Below are positions 28,234-35,532 of a stretch of DNA of 35,532 bases, piece after piece. Origin of the DNA: a bacterium. Lineage in GTDB: Bacteria; Hydrothermota; 32-111. How positions within the stretch are numbered: the first letter of the stretch is position 1; each line of letters starts with the position of its first letter. Both the position numbers and the translations under genes were made by a program. The stretch spans positions 1 to 35,532 of the forward strand of contig JBFXGO010000024.1 of NCBI GenBank assembly GCA_050239825.1, in the 5' to 3' direction. The notes beneath the pieces were generated by a model that was given only the letters and a program-made list of their open reading frames with translations, ran no database searches and had not been told where the DNA came from.

Positions 28234-29263
28234 TGGATTTTCCTTTTATCAGAACTATCGCCTCAAACCTTGCTCCGCTCGTATTTGGAATAAAAACAGA
28301 GGAGGTTGCCTTTACAATCTGCCCTGCGGCAAACCTGCTTTTTTCGGTAACGGAGTTTATTTCTCCGGTCTCTGCAGGAGCGAAAAAGGAGACCGCATAT
28401 TCCAGTGAATTGTCCTTCATCCTGTGTCTTGCGAGATACTCTCTAAATGCAAAGTCGGCATCGGATGGCGTTGAATTTTCATTCACAAAAGAGAGAATTA
28501 CATCCAAACCGTCCTTTGCTGTTCTGAAAATCTTCTCCTTCTCCTTTGAAAGACCTTTAAATTTGATTGATGACGAAAAAGAGAGCCCCATTCCTTCGTT
28601 CATTATACCGGCATCTATAAGCACAATGCTTCCGCTCTTCAGCTTCTCCCCGCTTAATGTGGGATATATCGATTTTGCATCAAAGCCGATATATGTGGGA
28701 AGATATCGCCTGTCGCAGGAGAGAGAGTATATCTCTTCATCAATCAGATTCCTCAATCTGACATCCGACATACCCTCCTCAAGAGAATTTTCTGCGAATT
28801 CAAACAATTTTTTCATCTTCTTCGCAAGAGTTTTTATCTTGGTTATTTCGCTCTCCTCTTTTATTCTTCCAAGGGTCTTTGAAGGGGATATAAAATGAAA
28901 TGTAAACACCTCTTTGAAGATCCCATCCAGCGACATGTTTGTCAGTCCGAGTTTTGTTATCTTGTTTTCTGAAAGCACACTCTTCCACTCTTTTAAAAAG
29001 AGTCTGTTATTTTTAAGATACTCGTAAGAGTCAGCCTTTATTGCTATCACACCCTTTGTTTTTGAAATAGAGGAGTAGAGCAGCTGGTCGCAGATGACAT
29101 ATGCTTTTTTTCTTCCTATCAGCATACTTGCATCATACTCTCCCATATTCATAGACACTTTGAGATTAAGAATGTCATAAACTTCCTGAGGATTGTCAAT
29201 AAGAAGCATCTCATAGTCCTTCAATACTTTTTGAATGAGCTTAATCTTTTTTTCCATAATCAT
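28217..29263 (-). CDS. M24/aminopeptidase P-like protein with degenerate metal ligands
   Basis: RIKEESEI, LIDAG and GARFE pita-bread elements with a creatinase-N-like N-terminus. Start may be 29257. Confidence 0.78.
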   Translation of the reverse strand: MIMEKKIKLIQKVLKDYEMLLIDNPQEVYDILNLKVSMNMGEYDASMLIGRKKAYVICDQLLYSSISKTKGVIAIKADSYEYLKNNRLFLKEWKSVLSENKITKLGLTNMSLDGIFKEVFTFHFISPSKTLGRIKEESEITKIKTLAKKMKKLFEFAENSLEEGMSDVRLRNLIDEEIYSLSCDRRYLPTYIGFDAKSIYPTLSGEKLKSGSIVLIDAGIMNEGMGLSFSSSIKFKGLSKEKEKIFRTAKDGLDVILSFVNENSTPSDADFAFREYLARHRMKDNSLEYAVSFFAPAETGEINSVTEKSRFAAGQIVKATSSVFIPNTSGARFEAIVLIKGKSNEKIM

Positions 29264-30293
29264 CCACCTCTTGTAAGAGAACTTTCAGAGCGTCTTTTTT
29301 CTTTCCCTTGAAGATAATCCTATTCTTTTTGAATACAATTGATTCCTCTTTTCCGCCTGTTATACCGAAATCAGCCTCCCTTGCCTCGCCGGGTCCGTTT
29401 ACAATGCATCCCATTACCGCAACAGTGATATTTTTGGAACTCTTCTCCAGTTTTTTCTCTAAAAGCTTCTGCACTTCTATCACATCAAAAGTAGTTCTTG
29501 AACAAGTGGGGCAGGATATGATGTCTGGCGAATTGCTGTTTATGTGTATTGAACGAAGAATCATTTTTGCAACATCAACTTCATAAAGCGATGAATCCGA
29601 GAGAGAGACCCTGATTGTGTCTCCCACCCCATTCATAAGAAGATTGCCGATCCCTATAGAGTTTTTGACGCTTCCTCTGAGAAGACCGCCCGCCTCAGTC
29701 ACTCCAAGATGAATCGGATATTCAAACAACTTCTTTATCAGCATATTCGCTTCTATCATTGAAACCACATCTGATGATTTCACGGAGAGTATAATCTGTT
29801 CAAACCCCTGCTCCTCAAAAAAGCCAACTGACCTTTTCATAGATTCGGCAAGAGCCTCCTTGGAGGGATGATTGTATTTTTTAAGCAGGTCCTTTTCGAG
29901 AGAACCGCTGTTGACTCCTATCCTTATGGGAACATTTCTCTCCTTTGCGGCTCTTACAATCTCTTTTAGATTGTTTTTCGGCATATTCCCGGGATTTATG
30001 CGAATCTTATGCGCCCCGAGTTCAATAGCGCTGACTGCGAGTCTATAGTCAAAATGAATGTCTGCAATTATAGGGCATGGGGAGTTTTCAATTATCCTTT
30101 TGAAAGAGTTTTTGCACGAGATTTCAGGATAGGAGACTCTTACAATCTGCGCTCCTCTTTCATAGAGCTGTCTTATCTGTTTTAGAGTAGATGCGCTGTC
30201 GGATGTGTCTGTATTTGTCATTGACTGAATTACAACCGGAAACCCTCCGCCTATGGGAATATTTCCCACATAGACTATTTTTTTTGAATTCAT
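29241..30293 (-). CDS. ispG: (E)-4-hydroxy-3-methylbut-2-enyl-diphosphate synthase
   Basis: QSMTNT, ADIHF, RINPGN, HLGVTEAG, CPTCSR and MGCIVNGPGE motifs. Confidence 0.98.
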   Translation of the reverse strand: MNSKKIVYVGNIPIGGGFPVVIQSMTNTDTSDSASTLKQIRQLYERGAQIVRVSYPEISCKNSFKRIIENSPCPIIADIHFDYRLAVSAIELGAHKIRINPGNMPKNNLKEIVRAAKERNVPIRIGVNSGSLEKDLLKKYNHPSKEALAESMKRSVGFFEEQGFEQIILSVKSSDVVSMIEANMLIKKLFEYPIHLGVTEAGGLLRGSVKNSIGIGNLLMNGVGDTIRVSLSDSSLYEVDVAKMILRSIHINSNSPDIISCPTCSRTTFDVIEVQKLLEKKLEKSSKNITVAVMGCIVNGPGEAREADFGITGGKEESIVFKKNRIIFKGKKKDALKVLLQEVDDYGKKD

Positions 30294-31552
30294 TCTTCCG
30301 CTCTCCTTATCTGAGCTCCCAGCTTTCTCAGTTTCTTTTCAATCGATTCATACCCTCTGTCAATATGATAAATTCTTTTAACCTCGCTCTCGCCCTTTGC
30401 CGAAAGGGCGGCAAGCACAAGTGCTGCAGATGCTCTGAGGTCTGAAGCCATTGTCGGAGCTCCCATAAGTTTTTTGACTCCTCTGATGATTGCTTTGTTT
30501 CCCTCCACGGATATGTCCGCTCCCATTCTTGACAATTCGGGAACATGCATGTATCTCTTTTCAAATATATTCTCCGTAATCACAGAGATTCCTTCAACCA
30601 AAGAGAGAAGAGATGTAAACTGCGCCTGCATATCGGTCGGGAAGAAAGGGTATGGAAGAACATTTATTTCAACCGGTTTCAACATTCTGCCTGCTTTTAT
30701 ATAAACATTTTTGTTTTCCGTCTTCACGGTGTGTCCTATCTCCCTGAATTTTTCAAGGACTGCCCCCATGTGGTTGGGATTGCAGTTTTTGAGATAGAGT
30801 TCGCCTCCGGTTATTGCGGCGGCTGTCAGAAGAGTTGCCCCCTCTATTCTATCGGGTATTACCGAAAATTCAACAGGAGAGAGACTCTCTACACCATCGA
30901 TTACAAGCATCGATGTGTCTATTCCCGTTATTTTTGCGCCCATTGCATTCAGAAAGCGCGCAACATCGCCGACTTCAGGTTCTGTTGCCGCACCGCGGAT
31001 TATTGTTCTGCCTTCTGCAAGAGAGGCGGCCATCATAACATTTATCGAAGCGCCCACGGAAGGGCCCCTGTTGCCCTCAAGGAACATATCCTTGCCCTTG
31101 AGTTTCTTAGTTCTTGCCTTTATGTATCCGTGTTCAAGAGAAATCCTGCATCCGAGATTTTCAAAGCCCTTTATATGAAGGTCAACCGGCCTCTCTCCGA
31201 TTGCACAGCCTCCGGGAAGAGAGACATCCACCTTCCTGCACCTTCCGAGAAGAGGTCCCATTACATAGTATGAAGCGCGCATCTTTCGCACAAGGTCGTA
31301 TGGGGCTTTATAGCCGAGATTCTCTGGAACATCTACGGTCAGAGTGTGATTTTTAAACTCAACTTTCGCCTTGAGAAACTCAAGCACCTTGACCATGTAT
31401 CTCACATCCTCAACATCGGGTACATTTTTTATAATGCTCTTTCCGCAGGCAAGCAGAGATGCGACCATGATTGGAAGTACGGCATTTTTGGAGCCTGATG
31501 CGGACAATTCTCCCCTAAGCCTGACTCCGCCCTTTATTATAAATTTATCCAT
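30290..31552 (-). CDS. murA: UDP-N-acetylglucosamine 1-carboxyvinyltransferase
   Basis: GSKNA, MRAS, LPGGCAIG.RP, PDRIE, FPTDMQ and DLRA motifs. Confidence 0.98.
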   Translation of the reverse strand: MDKFIIKGGVRLRGELSASGSKNAVLPIMVASLLACGKSIIKNVPDVEDVRYMVKVLEFLKAKVEFKNHTLTVDVPENLGYKAPYDLVRKMRASYYVMGPLLGRCRKVDVSLPGGCAIGERPVDLHIKGFENLGCRISLEHGYIKARTKKLKGKDMFLEGNRGPSVGASINVMMAASLAEGRTIIRGAATEPEVGDVARFLNAMGAKITGIDTSMLVIDGVESLSPVEFSVIPDRIEGATLLTAAAITGGELYLKNCNPNHMGAVLEKFREIGHTVKTENKNVYIKAGRMLKPVEINVLPYPFFPTDMQAQFTSLLSLVEGISVITENIFEKRYMHVPELSRMGADISVEGNKAIIRGVKKLMGAPTMASDLRASAALVLAALSAKGESEVKRIYHIDRGYESIEKKLRKLGAQIRRAEE

Positions 31553-32762
31553 GCCGCCCCCTTGTTAAGAAATTGTCGAAATTCATATAGAATAATATGT
31601 ATCCTTTGTCATAGAAAAAATATTTTCCTCCCGCTTCAATATCTCTCTTGTCTGTCTCAAAACCCTTGCGGGCAGTAAATCCGGTATTTTCATTAATCTT
31701 GTAAGTCACTGTCAGCACAAGACGGGATTGGGGGGAATCTTTTAGGAGAGAATCAGGGAGAATCAAAGAATTAAGATTGGAAAAGACCTGCTTGAAGGAT
31801 ATGTCAATAAAACGCCAGTTGAAGAGAATTCCGGCTCCTAAAAGCCAGTCTTTTTTCTCATACAAAGAATCAATCTCCCGCGAAGAAAATTCGCCGAAAA
31901 CTTCTGCCGTTAATGGATTTTTCTTCGCAGTAAAATACCCTGACAACTTGAATCTTTTCTCATTTTCAAAGATACTGCTTAATGAATCTGACATTGCATT
32001 TTCCATTATAAGAGATGTGAATGCAAACCCGCCTTCAAGATGAACTGATGGCATTTTTTTACCATACCTGTATCCGGTTGAAAGATACATGAGAGCAGAA
32101 TCGGCGGTATAATCATAAATAAATGAATCGGTATTTTCAACAATTTGAAAATGATCCTCGGAAGAATCGAATCTTCTGACAAAAATTGTGTAAAAAGCAA
32201 GTTCTTTGAGATACCCCGAAGATTCGACTGTCAGAGTGTACGGCTGTTTTGTATAGATCCTCGGTTCCGGCAGATGCTCATTCCAGTCTTTATGAGAATA
32301 GTTATTGTCAAAATTATCAAATGTGAATATAACCTGATTCTTGGTGTTGAATCCTGAAATTCCCGCAAGAATGGATATGTCGGATTCTTTTTTATAAAAA
32401 GTCGGATTGGCCAAAAATCCAAGATGGGCAAAATCCGAGATGCGGAAAGAGAGTCCGAAATTAAACACCTTTTCATTGAACTCAAGGTCATCATAGTACA
32501 GATTGTTCAGTTTGAAATCCATCACTGAGTTAATCGGGACAGAGAGCTTCAGCATTGATTTCATAGACAATTGTTGCACATTGTAGCATCCGCCTGAAAT
32601 TATCACTCTGTTATCTCCGGCAAGATAGTCGTGAAATTCATCTCTTATGTATGACGAACAGAACTCATCAAGAATATACTCTGAATCTATATATTCCTGT
32701 GCCACATACCCGTTTACAAACGATGGCAGAAACAGAAGCAGAAGAAGAATGCCTTTATTCAA
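31545..32762 (-). CDS. Hypothetical exported protein, probable OM beta-barrel
   Basis: Likely TTG start at 32762 after AAGGAG gives a signal peptide; aromatic-rich beta-strand pattern. Confidence 0.65.
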   Translation of the reverse strand: MNKGILLLLLFLPSFVNGYVAQEYIDSEYILDEFCSSYIRDEFHDYLAGDNRVIISGGCYNVQQLSMKSMLKLSVPINSVMDFKLNNLYYDDLEFNEKVFNFGLSFRISDFAHLGFLANPTFYKKESDISILAGISGFNTKNQVIFTFDNFDNNYSHKDWNEHLPEPRIYTKQPYTLTVESSGYLKELAFYTIFVRRFDSSEDHFQIVENTDSFIYDYTADSALMYLSTGYRYGKKMPSVHLEGGFAFTSLIMENAMSDSLSSIFENEKRFKLSGYFTAKKNPLTAEVFGEFSSREIDSLYEKKDWLLGAGILFNWRFIDISFKQVFSNLNSLILPDSLLKDSPQSRLVLTVTYKINENTGFTARKGFETDKRDIEAGGKYFFYDKGYILFYMNFDNFLTRGRHG

Positions 32763-33102
32763 GGTCAAACTCCTTCGATTTTCCATATACATCGTCAAGC
32801 TTTATCGTCATTATCTTGATCGTTCCGGGTTCATTGACGTCAATGCCTATGTCCTCAAGAATCTTCACAAAATATTCAACCTGCTGTTTGTCGCTTACGA
32901 TTGAGAAGACCATTTTGGAATAAGGCTTTGAGTCGCCGAGAGAGTATTTCAGACCGGCGAAGATAGGAACCTGAGAGCCTACCATGTTGTTTATGGATTG
33001 GGTTTCAAGCACCGTGGCATCGCTTATACCCACTTCAACATACGCCTGAAGAAGGTCCTCGAAATGCTTTTCATCATTTAATATCACTATCAGAAGATAC
33101 AT
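32755..33102 (-). CDS. PII-like (GlnB-superfamily) protein
   Basis: 115 aa with PII-like layout: LLIVILN...GISDATV...PIFAGL...SKMVFSIV...PGT..IMTI.LDDVYG. Confidence 0.75.
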   Translation of the reverse strand: MYLLIVILNDEKHFEDLLQAYVEVGISDATVLETQSINNMVGSQVPIFAGLKYSLGDSKPYSKMVFSIVSDKQQVEYFVKILEDIGIDVNEPGTIKIMTIKLDDVYGKSKEFDLE

Positions 33103-33110
33103 GTATCCTC

Positions 33111-34238
33111 CTATTTTTTCTTTTTATATAAAACATTAAGCCATACAGGCGTTATCAATGTGGTCAGAAGTATCATTATGACAAAGGAGTTGTAGATTGA
33201 CTGGTCGATGAAACTCTTGTTAAATGCCATCGACGCAATTACAAGACCCACCTCTCCTCTCGGTATCATACCGACTCCGACTTTGAAAGATTCCTCAAAA
33301 GTCATGCCTGAGAAAAAACAGGCGGCTCCGGAACCTAAGACTTTTCCTACAATTGATATGACTATCAAAACAACCGTAAACAGAATGTTCAGGTCGCCTA
33401 AATTTAGAGATGTCTTGAGGCCGACTACGAAGAAGAACATTGATATGAAAAGCGTGTTGACTATCGTGTTCACGCCTTCGGTTATCCTTCTGCTGAAATG
33501 TGTCTGGGTTATTGAGACTCCAGCCACATACGCTCCGGTTATTCCTGCCACTCCCATTGATTCGGAAAAGTATGAAAGAAATAGCATGAAAATTACTGAT
33601 ATTCCGATTATAGTGTCCGGAGCTTTGAATTTGGATGATATTCTCAATGCTCTGTTTATTATGTATTTATATATTGCAATGATTGCAACCGAAAGAAGCG
33701 CAAACTTGCCGATAACCATTAAAATATTTCCTGCATGGAAGAGAAAAACAAAGGATACAGAAAGAAGTATTATGGCAATCACATCATCTATCACCGCCGC
33801 TCCAAGAATGGTTGTTCCGCTTCTCGTATTGAGCTTTCCTATTTCAAGGAGAGTCATAACGGTTATTGAAACAGAAGTTGCGGTCAGCGTCAGCCCTATC
33901 ACATAGGAAGCCTTGGCGCTCATACCCATCAGCATAAAAATGAATGACATGCCAAGCGGCACAAAAACACCCATCATGGCGGCTATGAAGGATGTCTTTC
34001 CCTGTTTTTTCATATTCGATAAATCTGTTTCAAGTCCCGCTACAAACATCAGAAAGAGTATCCCCAGTTCGGAGAGGAAGTTGATATTCTCATCAAGATG
34101 TATTATGTTTAGAAGGGGACCGCAGATTATTCCCGCAAGTATCACTCCGATTACCGTCGGAAGCTTCATCCTCAAAAACAGCTCGCTTACGAGCTTTGTC
34201 AAAAGAAGGATGAAGCCCAGAATCAAAATTTCATTCAT
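33111..34238 (-). CDS. Cation:proton antiporter (CPA2, NapA-like), no RCK domain
   Basis: GILFLMFVAGLETD, ATSVSIT, GAAVIDDV, GKVLG and MIPRGEV motifs. Confidence 0.95.
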   Translation of the reverse strand: MNEILILGFILLLTKLVSELFLRMKLPTVIGVILAGIICGPLLNIIHLDENINFLSELGILFLMFVAGLETDLSNMKKQGKTSFIAAMMGVFVPLGMSFIFMLMGMSAKASYVIGLTLTATSVSITVMTLLEIGKLNTRSGTTILGAAVIDDVIAIILLSVSFVFLFHAGNILMVIGKFALLSVAIIAIYKYIINRALRISSKFKAPDTIIGISVIFMLFLSYFSESMGVAGITGAYVAGVSITQTHFSRRITEGVNTIVNTLFISMFFFVVGLKTSLNLGDLNILFTVVLIVISIVGKVLGSGAACFFSGMTFEESFKVGVGMIPRGEVGLVIASMAFNKSFIDQSIYNSFVIMILLTTLITPVWLNVLYKKKK

Positions 34239-35160
34239 CGTTTTTCACGCTGTAGTAAAATTCTTCACCGAATTTTTCTACCCTTATGCTGTTGTTTATT
34301 TCAAGTTTTTCTATTATTGAATTAAGTTCATCGGACAAAATCCCGAGAGCTGAGGAAATCTGCTCATAAGTGCATGGCCTCCTCATTAAAAGTCTCTTCA
34401 CATCATCTTCGTTTGCATTTGATTTTTTTACATTTCCGGGAGTAAAGGCAAGCTCCACTTCAACCTTGTCTCCGAGAAGATTTTTTATCCTCTCCCTGTC
34501 TGCCTCATCGATGGGTTTTGCCGAAGAGTATGCCGGAGGCCTTACTACAGTATTTATCTGTATTTTGTCAACATGAATCTTTTCGAGAATCCTTCTTAGA
34601 GCCATTATCTCTTTGTCCGAGTCATTCATACCTTTTACAAAGAGAATTTCAAGAAGTATCTTTCCCTTGTACTCCCCTGCAAATTTCATCAAACCCTCAA
34701 TGACCGATTCCAAGTTTATTGATCTGTGCGGTTTGTTCACAGCTTTAAAGGATTCTTCAGTCACAGAATCAAGAGATGGAAGTATAACATCAAATTCCAT
34801 CGCATCCTTTCTCACTTCCTCTAAATTGAAGAGAGCAGTATTTGTAATTAAAGCCAATGGAATTTTAGTTGCCTTTCGTATCTCTCTTGCGATGTACCCG
34901 AGCTTGATATTGAGAGTCGGTTCTCCTGAGCCTGTAAAGGTTATAAAGTCAATTCTTCCCGTATAAGAGGAAATGAAATCCACAGTCTCCTTGATTATCT
35001 CATCCGCATTATTAAAATCCTGCCTCTCTACTGTCAGGTTGGTCGTCTTTCCAACTTCGCAATAAATACAGTCAAAAGTGCATGTTTTATGCGGCACAAG
35101 GTCTATACCTAACGAATAACCCAACCGTCTTGACGGTACGGGTCCAAATAAATATTTCAT
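34231..35160 (-). CDS. Radical SAM protein (COG0731-like)
   Basis: FGPVPSRRLG.SLGID, CTFDCIYC, GSGEPTL and NTVVRPP motifs. Confidence 0.93.
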   Translation of the reverse strand: MKYLFGPVPSRRLGYSLGIDLVPHKTCTFDCIYCEVGKTTNLTVERQDFNNADEIIKETVDFISSYTGRIDFITFTGSGEPTLNIKLGYIAREIRKATKIPLALITNTALFNLEEVRKDAMEFDVILPSLDSVTEESFKAVNKPHRSINLESVIEGLMKFAGEYKGKILLEILFVKGMNDSDKEIMALRRILEKIHVDKIQINTVVRPPAYSSAKPIDEADRERIKNLLGDKVEVELAFTPGNVKKSNANEDDVKRLLMRRPCTYEQISSALGILSDELNSIIEKLEINNSIRVEKFGEEFYYSVKNDE

Positions 35161-35168
35161 AATTATTT

Positions 35169-35197
35169 ATTTTATCATATAAATAAATAAAAGACAA
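35169..35197 (-). promoter_or_regulatory. Promoter TTGTCT-N17-(TG.)TAAAAT, 8 nt from the ATG
   Basis: -35 at 35197-35192, extended -10 at 35174-35169, no SD before the ATG at 35160. Confidence 0.6.
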
Positions 35198-35262
35198 GGG
35201 GAGGAAAGATGGTAAGCTGCAAGTCGGCGAGGACGCTCCGCGAAGACGCCCATCAAGTGGTT

Positions 35263-35532
35263 TGGGGACATTCCTACGGTGTGTCCCCACAACATCCCAT
35301 CTTGATTAAGCGGCGAAGCGGAGTGTGTGAGCCGACGCTACACCCGCCATCAGCCACCAAATCAGCCCTGAGCCTTGTGCCGTGTGCCATGAGCTTAATA
35401 CGGGAAGATGAATAAGATTTTGTCTTTTCAGTAATCTTCACAAAGTTCTGGTGCAACCCGATACCTCTATCATGTGCGTTCGCGCACATTACACCCCAGC
35501 CAATGTGGGGACATTCCTTCGGTGTGTCCCCA
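35263..35532. repeat. Two direct copies of a 27-bp REP-like hairpin
   Basis: TGGGGACATTCCTACGGTGTGTCCCCA (35263-35289) and TGGGGACATTCCTTCGGTGTGTCCCCA (35506-35532), differing at one loop base. Confidence 0.88.
35350..35396. repeat. Degenerate heptamer tandem repeat
   Basis: TCAGCCA-ccaaa-TCAGCCC TGAGCCT TGTGCCG TGTGCCA TGAGCTT. Confidence 0.7.

Noticed and set aside
30290..31552. Fosfomycin-resistant MurA
   Set aside because: The active-site Cys (PGGCAIG) is retained.
28233..34320. Long plus-strand ORFs (28233-28898, 30545-31273, 33208-33906 and others)
   Set aside because: All lie antisense to well-supported genes and have shadow-like composition.
35087..35489. Short ORFs of 67-71 aa over the hairpin region
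   Set aside because: They overlap each other on both strands and are explained by GC-rich palindromic DNA. The ORF at 35209 has an SD-like GGAGG, so it cannot be fully excluded.
35198..35532. RNase P RNA, tmRNA, SRP or tRNA
   Set aside because: GAGGAAAGAT only partly matches the RNase P GAGGAAAGUCC motif, and the other universal elements are missing. No T-loop or CCA acceptor stem and no SRP GGAA loop motif were found.
35263..35532. CRISPR array
   Set aside because: Only two copies, about 216 bp apart, and no cas genes.

Overview
Chromosomal housekeeping region of a diderm, probably anaerobic bacterium (LptD-like protein, two other likely OM beta-barrels, Hcp, radical SAM). The ileS-dksA-lspA order suggests an FCB-affiliated lineage, which is only an inference. 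About 38 CDSs are present, all on the minus strand except an AlkD-family gene. There is a 100-N scaffold gap at 2683-2782. Recognisable genes include hcp with an Rrf2 regulator, radC, an M23 peptidase, two sugar ABC permeases, maf, hup, lptD, lspA, a DksA/TraR protein, ileS, upp, DUF1015, glyA, mscS, a PLP aminotransferase, a glyoxylate/hydroxypyruvate reductase, a rhomboid, ispG, murA, a PII-like protein with a CPA2 antiporter, and a radical SAM protein. No rRNA, tRNA, CRISPR array or intact mobile element was found. Items most worth a second look: (1) a dense cluster of REP-like hairpins and heptamer repeats at the right end, with REP-like palindromes at the left end; (2) a perfect 16-bp palindrome over a consensus promoter of rrf2-hcp; (3) two apparently catalytically eroded enzymes, one RNase J-like and one M24/PepP-like; (4) a degenerate PII-like protein coupled to an RCK-less CPA2 antiporter; (5) a possible serine/glycerate module around DUF1015; (6) three probable leaderless promoters; (7) a short IS3-family scar; (8) a TMEM267-like membrane protein. 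All family assignments come from motif recognition by eye; no database searches were run.
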